Made by a program: the position numbers and the translations under genes. The notes below the pieces were generated by a model that saw only the letters and a list, made by a program, of their open reading frames with translations, was not told the DNA's origin and made no database searches. A DNA stretch of 64,000 bases from Octopus vulgaris (Eukaryota), in assembly GCA_951406725.2 (NCBI GenBank), contig OX597837.1:40858001-40922000 (forward strand), given 5' to 3'. Below, piece after piece: positions 13,155-27,617 of this stretch (positions within the stretch are counted from its first letter, which is position 1; every line of letters starts with the position of its first letter).

Positions 13155-13225
13155 ATACATATTTATATATATATATATATGCATATATATATATATATAT
13201 ACACATACATACATACATACATACA

Positions 13226-13259
<34 letters not shown>

Positions 13260-13579
13260 AGTTGATAAACTATAGAAACAAGCACTCAACACATTTAATA
13301 CAAGTTACATGTATTATTATTTACAGAAGTTGGAAACTGTTTTAAATAATAATACTAATACTAATACTACTAATAATAATAATATTAATAATAACAAAAC
13401 ACATATATATATATATGTGTGTGTGTGTGATATATATATATATATATATATAAGCACACACACACACTTACGCACACAATAAATAACTAATAACTAATAT
13501 ACGTTTAATATATAGTAAAACAGTAAACTGCAAGTTAGTGAGAACTTCGAGTTTGATTAATTTATAAATATATACAAAC

Positions 13580-13677
13580 TAGCGTTATTACGCTAACGTC
13601 AGCCATTTTGTTTTTTGCTTTTTACCTATCGCAAACCACAAACCCTCACCAAGATAAACTTATTTAGCGACATAGTG

Positions 13678-13743
<66 letters not shown>

Positions 13744-13960
13744 TGTGTGTGTGTCTATATAAATAAAAAATACCATCGAATATATAAACAAACATTTATT
13801 GAGAGTTCGTCCATTTGATGATGTTCCTTTGTAGTGCAATAACTATAAAATATTACTTGATTGTTTTATAGGTAGTTAAACACTTCACACGACCGCGTCT
13901 CGTGTTTCACTGTCTTTTCCCTTCCAGCCAACATGGCGTCCACCTGTTATGGAAAGTAAA
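13580..13960. promoter_or_regulatory. Candidate divergent promoter / ATG-bearing exons
   Basis: YY1/Kozak-like caaaATGGCTG (- strand, ATG 13606) and caacATGGCG (+ strand, ATG 13933, after tcttttcccttccag), 327 bp apart. Confidence 0.3.
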
Positions 13961-14092
13961 ATATTAGATTTATAATAATAACTCTTTGATCCGGCTTTAT
14001 TTGACTAGACAAACACCCAATATTATTACTGTAGCCTACTTTGACGACAGACAGTTTTGTTTGTTTATATACTGCGTGTATGTTTACTTACT

Positions 14093-14151
<59 letters not shown>

Positions 14152-14404
14152 GCATATATATATATACATATATATATATGCATATATATATACATGTATG
14201 TATATATACATGTATATATGTACATATATGTATATATATATATATATGCATATATATATATATATATATTATATCTATTTTGTGTACGTGTATGTGCATG
14301 CTTTACAAATAATATATGTACATATGTTTAACTGTATGTGAGTGTGTGTGAGTGTGTATGACTGTATGCGAATATGCGCATGTGATTTGTGTGTATACAC
14401 GCAT

Positions 14405-14436
<32 letters not shown>

Positions 14437-14437
<1 letters not shown>

Positions 14438-14915
14438 GCACGGCTCAGTGGTTAGCGTGTCGCGCCCACGATCGTGAGTTCGTTTCCGGGACCGAGCTGT
14501 GTGTTGTGTTCTTGAGCAAGACACTTAGTTGTGAGTCACAACCTTTGCCTTTCTGCTGGATAACATCAGCGGCGTGGGGAGAGGAGGCATGTATCCATGG
14601 GTGACTATTGATCTACAACAAACAACCTCGTCCGGATTTGTGCCCCGCGGAAAGGAATTTTCTAGGTGCAATCCTATGGTCATTCGTGACCGAAAGGCTG
14701 TGTTTGTCCTAACACCCACCACCCCCACTTGACCAATGATGGTGCGTTTTCGTCCCCGTAACTTGGCGGTTCGGCAAAAGCCACCAATAGTATAAAGCAC
14801 TAGGCTTGCTAAGAATATGTCCTGGGGTCGATTTGTTCTACTAAAAACCCTTTAAGGCGGTGCCCCAGCATGGGCACAGTCAAATGAATGAAACACGTAA
14901 CAGAATAAAAGAATA
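14437..14915 (+). mobile_element. SINE family D (14437-14698) followed by family B 3' part
   Basis: cggctcagtggttagcgtg, gttgtgttcttgagcaagacactt; then the family-B tail ggcggtgccccagcatggg. Confidence 0.75.
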
Positions 14916-15109
14916 TGTCTAAAATGCTATGCCGTAAGGAATATTAGTTTGTCCATAGTTCTGGAATATTCTGGCGATGATGCATGTGCCAGAATGTTGG
15001 TGCATGGGCCTGATATTAAAATAATTTTCACTGATCCTATAACCTTAGATTGACAGAAATCTTTCACAAGTATTCTGTAGTAATTCTTTCCGAGTTTGGA
15101 ACATGGCTA

Positions 15110-15297
15110 GCAATTTTTAGGGTCGCAGAGAAGTCTAGAACTTCGACCTCAGAGCTCAGGTGGTACTCATTTTATCGACCCGGAAATAGATGAAAGGTAA
15201 AGTTAACCACGGCGGAATTTGAACTCACGGAGTAAAGTGCTGGAAGAAAGCTTCTAAGCATATTATCTGACGGTTAACCTAAGCCAGCTCGCCGCCC
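15110..15297 (-). mobile_element. SINE family C, diverged
   Basis: tttatcgacccgga..gatgaaagg, ggcggaatttgaactc, gccagctcgccgcc. Confidence 0.8.
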
Positions 15298-15438
15298 CAA
15301 GTTATTCTGTAATAACTGTTTCTATTGTATGTATAAAGCCTGAAATTTGGTGGGAGAAGGCTAGCGGATTTCATGTACTCGAGCGCTCATTATACAACAA
15401 TTCTTCAATGACCATCGCCAAACGTTGATAATTTAGAG

Positions 15439-15691
15439 GAGTGGTTCTCAACCGGTGTCCATACAACACTTTGGGGACAAATGTAAGATTTTGTTATTAA
15501 AATTTATTTGCAATAAATTGGTTGTACGTCTACATCACAAAATATTTTGTCAACCATTTCTTATACAATTTCTAATAATATTTAATTATAAAATACAAAA
15601 GAATTTTTAGACATCAAATGGCTACGAGTGCCCACGCGAGTAAATTAGCAATCAAAAGCGTCCTCATGGTAAAAATGACTGAGAAACACTG
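15439..15691. mobile_element. hAT (Charlie-like) MITE
   Basis: TIRs gagtggttctcaacc / gactgagaaacactg; degenerate 8-bp flanks atttagag / gttaaaag. Confidence 0.65.
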
Positions 15692-15954
15692 GTTAAAAGT
15701 TACACCGAAAAGCCCGGGTCTTTCTTTATTGAACTTAATATTTTGGGTATTTCATCGTAATCAAGCCAGGTTAGTGAAGAATGAACACGGATTCAACTTC
15801 AACAATTAAGTAAATGGTTATGTATTACGCATGGTAACTAAATAAAATAAGCTGTTCATTCAGAAAATATATAGAATATTGTTCGGTACATTTTATTTAC
15901 AACTAAATTAAACTGTATTAAAATGCCAAAAGAGCTTCAATAAGTTTGCATCAG

Positions 15955-16010
<56 letters not shown>

Positions 16011-16165
16011 GTATAAACACACACACACACACACACACAACACATAACTACCCTTCAAATATGTATTCAGTTATAGATACACATAGACAAACTAATAAAA
16101 ATATTTTATATAAAGATATTTTACACATACATTTTACAAACACGTTCACGCAAACATAGGCAGAG

Positions 16166-16203
<38 letters not shown>

Positions 16204-16239
16204 CTATATATCTATATCTATCAATATCTATCTATATCT

Positions 16240-16303
<64 letters not shown>

Positions 16304-16315
16304 ATATACATACAT

Positions 16316-16352
<37 letters not shown>

Positions 16353-16462
16353 CACAAATATATATATATATGTACGTACGCATTTATACTTAGATACGCT
16401 AATACACTGATATATAGATTATACCTGTGTATACGTACATACATATACATATATATACATAC

Positions 16463-16499
<37 letters not shown>

Positions 16500-16565
16500 A
16501 TACAGACAGACGGTAACCCAGACCACCACCAACGACAACAACATCACTCAGCCGCATTTATATAT

Positions 16566-16620
<55 letters not shown>

Positions 16621-16772
16621 AGTATGTATATATTTATGGACATAAAAGTATTAAATACTGTTGGACAAACAGGTATATGAAAAAATAGACGTAAACTAAC
16701 GCAAAGACAGCCATAAAACAACAGCGACAATAAAAAATATATCATATATACATATACAAACATATGCGTGTG

Positions 16773-16932
<160 letters not shown>

Positions 16933-17295
16933 TAAAGTTCGTGGAATGTCGAACAAATATTTATATACTCATTATATTCATACACACACCTATGGCTATT
17001 TGAGCATATGTATATATGTATAGGACTAGCTGCTGGTTCTTAGAGGTGATGTAGTAAGGTTAATGGTAAGCAGCGAGTGAAGCGGCTGGCGGTAGTGGTG
17101 GGCTTGTTTGGGTTGGTAGTCATAAAGTAAACATTATAAAGTTTAGTGGAAGGAAATATAACTAAGTTGTTTTATTTCTGACACCGAAACATAAAAAAGT
17201 CACTATGTTATCACATAAAATATTTATGAATATAAATATTATATACATGTATGTAATTATATATATATATGCACACATATACATACATATATATA

Positions 17296-17346
<51 letters not shown>

Positions 17347-17354
17347 ATATATAT

Positions 17355-17403
<49 letters not shown>

Positions 17404-17553
17404 TATATATATATATATATATGATCATATGAGCACTTTCATACACATGAATGGCACATATGCACATACGTACACACTCAGACACACACATACACAAATA
17501 AGCATACATGTTCACGCCATAAATATTTGCTGAACGGCAGCCATGTTGCTTGG

Positions 17554-17639
<86 letters not shown>

Positions 17640-17827
17640 TGTGTGTATGTGTGTGTGAATGTGTATGAGTTTAATTTTTTTTGCTTCGTTTTACCTCTCT
17701 ACGTCATGTTTACTACATATGTATTTAATATATATTTATTATATATATTCATATATATATACATACATATGTATATACATATGTAAAATATACATACGCA
17801 TATAAATGTATCCACACATATATATAT

Positions 17828-17883
<56 letters not shown>

Positions 17884-18018
17884 GTATATATTTATATTGT
17901 ATACATGATTTTTTTTCGTCGGTGTTAACATATGATTTGATCATTAAATATTGTATGTATGATTTACTGACCAAGTCGAACTGTTTTATGCAGTTAGTTG
18001 ATATATGTTTCTTTGTAG

Positions 18019-18090
18019 ACTGGTTTGGGTAGGAACAGGAAAGGGGGGTGCGGTGCGTCTGCGTTTGTTTATGGTGGCGTCCGTTTACAG
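18019..18090 (+). other. Candidate 72-nt exon
   Basis: Acceptor tttctttgtag| and donor CAG|gtcagt; GC-rich; open in two frames; product unrecognised. Confidence 0.35.
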
Positions 18091-18221
18091 GTCAGTTTGG
18101 TGACATATTAGTAATACTAATGTAATAGGAAAGGCAATAATAATAAAGTTGAACAGAAGTTATACTGAAAACAATTACTTTTGTTACTTAACTAATGATC
18201 ATCACCATAATAATGATGATG

Positions 18222-18286
<65 letters not shown>

Positions 18287-18725
18287 CCATATAAATGTAT
18301 CTGTCAAGACCTACCAAAACCTGAGCAAGTATAAAGATCTTGAAATTGAAATCAGCAAAATATGGAACCTGAAGACTAAAACAATGCCTGTTGTCGTAGG
18401 TCCCCTAAGAATGATAGCAAAAGGGGCTGATTGCTACCTAGCTCAGATACCAGGACACCCCAAATAGGCGGAAATTCAAAAGATAATGCTCATGGGAACT
18501 GCTCATATCCTATGCAAAATACTTTCTATGTAATCTCAAGTTTTAAAACAAACATAATTTTCTTATGGTTTCTTAAACATTCTCTAGAACAACACTATGT
18601 ACAACACCAAATATATGGCACCCGGGGTATAACACCAACATGAACTTCTAACTTGTTATCTCTTGAAGTCTCTGGATGAGACTTGGAGCCAACTTGTACA
18701 AATGTAAAGCAAAAGTCAAACATAG
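18287..18725 (+). mobile_element. 5'-truncated R4/Dong-clade non-LTR retrotransposon
   Basis: KYKDLEIEISKIWNLKTKTMPVVVG...IQKIMLMGTAHIL (REL endonuclease C-terminus, one in-frame stop) plus 3' UTR; (TAA)n on both sides. Confidence 0.85.
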
Positions 18726-18750
18726 AATAATAATAATAATAATAATAATG

Positions 18751-18805
<55 letters not shown>

Positions 18806-19033
18806 TGATGATAATGATGATAATTATAATAATATGAACTAAGGAAACACCCAAGAAGAAGAAGAAGAAGAAAAGGCGGTCTAGATAGTGTCCCAGGAGA
18901 GCCATGTCTCAGAGAAATCCAAAAGATCCTTAGAAAAGCCTATCAATTTAAATGTGTTTTGTATTACATGAAGACATTTTGCTGCTACTCCTACCAGTTG
19001 CCCTCATCATCGTCGTCATCAACATCACCATCA

Positions 19034-19102
19034 GCTAAAATTTCGGAGATGCTGGAAAGCTGGCTAAAATTTCGGAAATGCTGAAAAGTTGGCAAAAATT
19101 TC
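19034..19102. repeat. 29-bp tandem repeat (~2.4 copies)
   Basis: gctaaaatttcggagatgctggaaagctg-like units start at 19034, 19063 and 19092. Confidence 0.85.
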
Positions 19103-19267
19103 GCAGCAAAAACATCGAGCTCCTATTTTCGGGATACTTTAGATTTTGTTTCTAAAATTAACATTTCTCTAAGCACCGAAATAGTTTCGAAAATAATCTT
19201 TTAGTAACGACAAATGATTCTTCACTTTACCCCAACATTGGCCACGATAAGTAGAGAAGAAACATAC

Positions 19268-19366
19268 ATGAATTCCTTTGTAAGATGGTCAAGCAAAAGT
19301 ACTACATCTAATTTCTTGTGGCCGTTAGTAAAGATGTTCTTACGAAGGAACATAATGACGTTTGGA
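19268..19366 (-). other. Candidate 99-nt exon
   Basis: Acceptor tgttgtttttgtag|, donor |gtatgt; only the phase-2 frame is open (PNVIMFLRKNIFTNGHKKLDVVLLLDHLTKEF); upstream donor gtaagg defines a 63-nt intron. Confidence 0.35.
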
Positions 19367-19850
19367 CTACAAAAACAACAATCACAATAACAAGAACAAC
19401 TTAAGTATAACAAATAATTCAAACCTTACATATATCTTTATGGATGCCCGTCATTGCCGCTAGTAAAGTACCATGTTCACGTCGACCCCCACAAAGAATT
19501 AAATAACACAAGCCTCCGCTCCTAACACGTCACCTGTCTCTATTCAATAACATTGAATGGAGCCAGGTAATACTACCTTTCAATGAGATCAATAGACGAT
19601 GTATATTGAATCCATCATTAACTGATTGATAAGAAGATACTCCCAGCCTCACCCACAAACCAAATAACATTTCTAGCTTTAACTCTCGCTGTTAACACGA
19701 TAATAGCTTCCCGACCCCCGCATTATTGCGGTCATTAAAGATAATTAGCTGCTCAAGATATATCAACTAAAATTCTTTAACAGTTTAATCATCGAAATGA
19801 AAACAGAACGTAATTAAAACCTGCTTTATGTGTTTGCCTGTGTTTGAATG

Positions 19851-19914
<64 letters not shown>

Positions 19915-20009
19915 CCTCTGTGCGTGCGTGTGTGTCTTGGGATGTGTGAGTGAGTTTGTGTGCATATTATTGCTTTTATATCTATATTTTTTATACATAT
20001 CTGTCTGTC

Positions 20010-20093
<84 letters not shown>

Positions 20094-20156
20094 ATATATA
20101 TATATATATATATATCTAACAATCTATCTATCTATCAGTCTATCTCACTCTCTCCT

Positions 20157-20234
<78 letters not shown>

Positions 20235-20404
20235 ATAATAGTTATCGCCATACTAATATGGCATTCTTATAAAAATAAGAATAAAGCTGTCCGCTTATTA
20301 GCTCCATGAGGCCATCGCCTTAAGTTAGCTATTTGATACACAAACTGTATCCATATAACCTTCGAACAAGGGAGGTCAGTCGCTCCACACTACTTGACCG
20401 GCAG

Positions 20405-20444
20405 CTACAGACGCGTTTCGAGGTATTGCCCCTTTTCAATGCAG
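20405..20444 (-). ncRNA. Type-I hammerhead ribozyme, U3-A8 variant (copy 1)
   Basis: - strand: CTGCA-TTGAAAA-GGGG caata CCTC-GAAAC-GC-GTC-TGTAG. Confidence 0.82.
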
Positions 20445-20766
20445 CGTAGCCAGCCAGTAGGTGTCGCTTCCGACAATCTCTGTTCGATGGTTTTATTTTC
20501 CTAGTTTCGGTGGAATACATCCACTTGTTTTCAATAATAGAAATATTAAAATAACTAAGTCTCTCTAAAAGAGAACAGCGGCAGCGTTCCCGGAAAATAA
20601 TAGTTATCGCCATACTAATATGGCATTCTTATAAAAATAAGAAAAAAGCTGTCCGCTTATTAGCTCCATGAGGCCATCGCCTTAAGTTAGCTATTTGATA
20701 CACAAACTGTATCCATATAACCTTCGAACAAGGGAGGTCAGTCGCTCCACACTACTTGACCGGCAG

Positions 20767-20806
20767 CTACAGACGCGTTTCGGGGTATTGCCCCTTTTCA
20801 ATGCAG
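20767..20806 (-). ncRNA. Type-I hammerhead ribozyme, U3-A8 variant (copy 2)
   Basis: - strand: CTGCA-TTGAAAA-GGGG caata CCCC-GAAAC-GC-GTC-TGTAG; perfect stem II. Confidence 0.85.
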
Positions 20807-21035
20807 CGTAGCCAGCCAGTAGGTGTGGAGCGACTGACCTCCCTTGTTCGAAGGTTATATGGATACAGTTTGTGTATCAAATAGCTAACTTAAGGCGATG
20901 GCCTCATGGAGCTAATAAGCGGACAGCTTTTTTCTTATTTTTATAAGAATGCCATATTAGTATGGCGATAACTATTATTTTCCGGGAACGCTGCCGCTGT
21001 TCTCTTTTAGAGAGACTTAGTTATTTTAATATTTC

Positions 21036-21112
<77 letters not shown>

Positions 21113-21234
21113 TTAGAAAGAAACCCACTTTTTATCAATTCAACAATGAAAAAATTAAATTATACCATATAGAAAAAAATTACATCCTTTAGAAAAAATC
21201 AAATATAAGATAAAAACATATACCAATGAATAAG

Positions 21235-21271
<37 letters not shown>

Positions 21272-21898
21272 TATGTATGTATGTATGTATCTATGTATCT
21301 ATGTATTTGAAGCAGCGTCGATTTTTACAATTCTCTAAATAATAATCACTATGTTTTATAAGCTTATAAGCAATCCCTTTGTAATGACTAAACAAAATAG
21401 TCTATTAATAGAGCATAGAAGCCCTCGATAGAAAAAAAGTAGGGATTAACGGTTAAAACCGATGAAATGGCTTTAAACTTTGGTACCAAGGCCTTTCCTT
21501 TCTAGATTACTGATTTTTCCGAACCAAGGATGGTAAACTTGATCAACATGCCCTCAATCATGCTCTCAAACCATTTCAATATCCCCACCTGGTTCCAAAC
21601 CCGGATTTTGTTTTAGTGGGCCACGCATAATCAATTAAGGAAAAGAAATTACTATATTTAGAGAGGGAAGACCGTAAGAGCCGGTGAAAGGACATTTGAG
21701 GGTTGCATGCACCCCTGGGAGCTGCAGTTGAAAACCGTTACCCTAGACTGAACAAATATTAAAATTACGTGAATTTTGAAATCAAATACAGGTGCTTGTA
21801 CTTATTACAGGTAGCGCGAATTAGAGAAGTTCCGGCCGTCAGTGTCCGGTAAATTGGTGCTTTACCTGTATGCACACACACACATACACACACACACA

Positions 21899-21964
<66 letters not shown>

Positions 21965-22362
21965 TATATATGTAAAGGGGGAAAGAAAAGAAAGTGTAAA
22001 ACGGAAGTTCTTTATTCTAAGTGTCCTAACCCTATTCTTTTGAAAAGTTAACCCCAAGACCAGTGATGTGTGTGTGTGTGTGCGTGCGTGCATGTGTGTG
22101 TGTGCATGTGTGTGCATGTTAGTACATGTGTGTGCGCACGAAGGTGTGTGTGTGTGTGTGCATTATGTCTGTCTGTATGTGTGTATACATTCGTGTATAT
22201 AAGAATTTAAGTCTTTTAAAATTAATTATATGGACACCTAAAACGGTTGCAATGTAAATTACGATAGGTTAGGGCACAGCCCTTCACCCTTGACTAAGTC
22301 CTATTTGGGGCCTAGCCACTTCCTTCCTCATTAACTGACGTATCCATGCGAAGAGAAACAAA

Positions 22363-22427
22363 ATGGACAAACTCATACATATTGATACGGTTTTCCGGTT
22401 CATTGCCTGTCCAGGGGAGCATATTTG
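22363..22427 (+). other. Candidate ATG-bearing first exon
   Basis: aaaATGG start, MDKLIHIDTVFRFIACPGEHI, consensus donor TG|gtaagt. Confidence 0.3.
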
Positions 22428-22657
22428 GTAAGTTAATAAAGAACCACCGGCTTGCTGTAGCATCCTGTTTCCTTGCTCTACTCAATATACGTGGAAGCTT
22501 CTCGCATCCAAATTTAGAAATATCGTTACAGAATAAAAAAGCAACCTCAAAAACAAAAAAAAATCAATATTAAGAACGGTATATTAATATCTTGTATATT
22601 GCATATATACGGAGGGAAATTTTTCGTTTTCATATGAGAGGACAAAATATTTACGCT

Positions 22658-22696
<39 letters not shown>

Positions 22697-22817
22697 GTGT
22701 GTGTACTGTCTTGGAAGAGGATGCGTGGCGTTCAATCATATAATGATATATGATATATCTGTATGTATGTATGTATATATATATCTATATATATAGATAT
22801 ATAGATATATACTTATA

Positions 22818-22863
<46 letters not shown>

Positions 22864-22916
22864 CATACACATACAAACATACATACAAGTGGTCGCAATG
22901 AATGTGTCTGAATAAC

Positions 22917-23287
<371 letters not shown>

Positions 23288-23329
23288 CATCATCATCATC
23301 ATTATTATCATCATCATCATCATCATTAC

Positions 23330-23387
<58 letters not shown>

Positions 23388-23610
23388 TCCATCGTCATTA
23401 TTAATAATAATGTGATGCAAGCCCTTAAAATTTGAAGGGTCACTGATTACACAAAGGCTGACAAAGAGAACAGGTACGACTTCATAATTTTGCCAGTGAA
23501 CAGGTGGCAGAAATAAGTACTCAGGCTACAATCAGAAGATGACACATATGCAGGTAAGTGTCCATGTGTTATATATGTACACATGTATACATATACATAT
23601 GTGTTTGTAA

Positions 23611-23653
<43 letters not shown>

Positions 23654-23814
23654 CACATATATATATATGTTTATATATATATGTATATATAAGTATATGT
23701 ATATACATATATATATATATATATACATGGAACAATATATTTATGTGTATCTGTTTATGTATACATATATACATATATATATACATATATGCATACATAC
23801 AAATGTGTTTGTAA

Positions 23815-23868
<54 letters not shown>

Positions 23869-24713
23869 TATATATGTATACATATATATATGTATACGTA
23901 TATACATATATATATACATGGAACAATATATTTATGTGTATCTGTTTATGTATACATATATACATATATATATGTATATATGTACATACATGCTAGACAT
24001 ATATATATATATGTATATACTTACAAGTATATATATATATATACACATATATGTATGAGTGTGTGTATATATATATATATATACATGTATTATGTATGTA
24101 AGCATGTATGTATGTCGATGCATATTAATATGACAGATATACAGACAGACAGACAGACTGACAGAGATAGGTAGATATATACATAGATATATAGATAAAT
24201 AGATAGATATTCATGTAAATACATCAATTGGTTAACAATCCATAAAACGGATCCGGTGATCCACAGTTTCCTGCAGGGATTTTAATCGTTTTAGTTTGGA
24301 ATAACGTTTAACCCTCTTCATCTCTGGTCACATTACTTTTGTTTAATATGTTCTCATGAATGCGTAGTCCTTCGTTACACTTAATTGCGTTATATTTACC
24401 ATTGGAGCAAAGGTTATCATTTTCAGAAGACCTTTCCTTTTATTTTTGCGTTGAACTATAAAATGTGAGTATATTTTTAAGCATAGCTTCACTTTTCGCT
24501 TTTAGATATTGGAGACGTTTTTAGGTATTTAGAGATCATCACAGAATTAAAGAGCTGGTTTCTGAGGGAAAAACCCAAGGTCTATAAGTGGAATTTGGAA
24601 AATAAGAACGATAATTTAATATGCTGAAATTCAAGAAAGCGTTTCAAACTTTTTAATGTATGTATGTATGTATGTATGTATGTATGTATGTATGTATGTA
24701 TGTATGTATGTAC

Positions 24714-25025
24714 ATCGTGGCACTCCGTCGGTTACGACGACGTGGGTTCCAGTTGAACCGATCAACGGAACAGCTTGCTCGGGAAATTAACGTGCAAGTG
24801 GCTGAGCACTCTACAGACGCGTGTACCCTTAACGTAGTTCTCAGGGCGATTCAGCGTGACACAGAGTGTGATAAAGCTGGTCCTTTGAAATACAAATACA
24901 GCAGAAACAGGAAGAAAGAATGAGACAAAGTTGTGGTGAAAGAATACAGGAGGGTTCGTCCCCCCCCCCCCACTGAAGAGCCTCGTGGAGCTTTAGGTGT
25001 TTTTGCTCAATAAACACTCACAAAG
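24714..25025 (-). mobile_element. SINE family A (head missing)
   Basis: Reverse complement of the 9021 body and tail. Confidence 0.9.
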
Positions 25026-25526
25026 TGAGTGCAGCTGTGAGGGGAAAATCGTCGAATCAACATACGTGAGTTATCAGAGTATGTGCAGATTAGTTACGGT
25101 TCATAGCAGTCCATTATCATTGAAGATTTGGGTATGAGACACGTGTCTGCTAAGTTTGGCCGAAATTGCTTTCAGCTAACCAAAAAGAAACTCGGGTTTC
25201 AGAAGCACAAGCTCTCCTTGATTGTGTTAAGAACGATGAAAACGTTTTGACAACATTGCGTAGGTGTCAGAGCAGGTATCGCCAAGTTTTTAACAAAATT
25301 TGACTCAGATTTTTTGCTCAGCTTTCTGTAATGGTCAATGCGACGATCACACGCTACACACCTTCCTTCCAAGCACTGCTGTAAACAGCAGAAGTGAACT
25401 AGAACGTTGAAACTTAGTGCGCATACACAGCAGAGTTTAAGTTCAATTTGTGCTAAGCGGCTTCACTCTGCACGCTTTATCTTCGTTACTATGGCAACAG
25501 CCAAGGTACTTATTGATCAAACCACG
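25026..25526. pseudogene. Rearranged mariner transposase fragments plus TIR
   Basis: + strand: ELSEYVQISYGS..IIIEDLGMRHVSAKF..KLLSANQKETRV. - strand: QKAEQKI*VKFC*KLGDTCSDTYAML and TIR TA-cgtggtttgatcaataagt. Confidence 0.8.
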
Positions 25527-25869
25527 TATATAGCACCAACACAAAGAATATTTGTGGAGCATTCCCCCAAAAACCATCACCAAGTGCAAACAGAACAGAT
25601 TTGATATAATTGTGTGTGACTGTAGAAGAATTATATGTATTTCTAGAAGTCAGAGACTAGCAGATTCGCAATTCTCTTGTGAATTTCTTTGGCTTTCTCG
25701 GTCATCGGGTTGCGATCGAGTGTTTAATCGATCAGATCGATGCCATCACTTCTTTAGTGATTTAAAAAAAAATCTGATATTCATTCTGTTACATCTTCAG
25801 TTGTAAAGCTTAGTTACGGGGACGTAAACAACCCAACAACAATAGTCAAATGGTGAGATGGACAATGTC

Positions 25870-26994
25870 ACGCATACGTAGATACATACAAACATACATA
25901 ATACATATACACACATACCTACATACGCACATTCATACACATACATACATAAATTTGTACATACATACATTCATACATACATACATTCATACATTCATAC
26001 ATACATACATACATACGTACATAATACACACATACATACACACATACATACATACATACATACATACATACGTACATACATACACACATACATACACACA
26101 TACATACATACATACATACATTCATACATACATACATACATACACACATACATACATTCATACATACATAAATTCATACATATATACGTACATACATACA
26201 TACATACATTCATACGTACATACATTCATACATTCATACATACATATATTCATACGTACATACATACACACATACATACACACATACATACATACATACA
26301 TACGTACATATATACATACATACATTCATACATATATACGTACATACATACATTCATACATACATACATACACACATACATACACACATACATACATACA
26401 TACGTACATACATACATACATACATACATACATACATACATACATACATACATACATACATACATACATACATACATACATACACACATACATACATTCA
26501 TACATACATAAATTCATACATATATACATACATACATACATACATACATACATACATTCATACATATATACGTACATACATACATTCATACATACATACA
26601 TTCACACATACATACATACATACATACATACATACATACATACATTCATACATATATACGTACATACATACATACATACATTCAAACGTACATACATTCA
26701 TACATTCATACATACATATATTCATACGTACATACATACACACATACATACACACATACATACATACATTCACATACGTACATACATACATACATACATA
26801 CATTCATACATACATACGTACATACATACATACATACATACATTCATACATACATACATACATACACACATACATACATACATACATACACACATACATA
26901 CATACATACAAACATACATACATACATACATACATACATACATACACACATACATACACACATACATACATACACACATACATACATACATACA

Positions 26995-27027
<33 letters not shown>

Positions 27028-27165
27028 TCATACGTACATACATACACACATACATACACACATACATACATACATACATACATACATACATACATACATA
27101 CATACATACATACATACATACATACATACATTCATACATATATACGTACATACATGCATGCATAC
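25870..27165. repeat. 1.3-kb imperfect (CATA)n microsatellite
   Basis: Source of the 461-aa HTYI ORF. Confidence 0.95.
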
Positions 27166-27399
27166 GGCAGTTGTTGAGAATACTCCAAATGCAGTGATGA
27201 CCTTACATGAGCTTGTACGTGTCTTTTATACGTAGTCCAGGTCTCGGATACATATAGGAGCGTAAGAATGATTATTACCTTGCATATCCAATGACCAACA
27301 ACCACATCTCAAATATACTAAGTATATGTGAGGTACGGTTGAACCATGAGTAAAATTCTAGAAAACCTGTGAGCTTTGTGACCTTGTTAATCCCATAAA

Positions 27400-27617
27400 G
27401 TTATGGTACAAGTTTTGAAAAGAGCACAGGTTTGCGAAGCTGAAAATGGCTGACATTTAAGGAATGCCATTTTTCATATGTGATGCAGTGGTGTTGCAAA
27501 ATTTGACTTCTGCATTTTAATTTCCATAATGTTATTTATATTGTCTCAAAAGTTCATGATTTGTAAAGTTAAGGAAGTTATTAAAAATTGAAATCCATCA
27601 GTGACTTTTGGATCACC

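Larger units (their letters stand above)
20234..21041 (-). mobile_element. Young non-autonomous Penelope-like/retrozyme element
   Basis: 231-bp direct repeats (20234-20464, 20596-20826; 2 mismatches), 219-bp inverted repeat (20534-20752 / 20823-21041), two hammerheads, (TA)n flanks. Confidence 0.88.

Noticed and set aside
20329-20613. 94-aa ORF as a host gene
   Set aside because: Lies within the PLE-like repeat; at most a remnant of the element's ORF end.
21588-21746. Second hAT-like MITE
   Set aside because: Termini too degenerate to support.
23497-23553. 57-nt exon with consensus CAG|gtaagt donor
   Set aside because: Stops in all three frames; could only be a non-coding exon or an ATG-end exon.
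25850-27235. 461-aa ORF, and all YIYI/HTHT/poly-I/N ORFs in the track
   Set aside because: Translations of stop-free microsatellites with no protein-like content.
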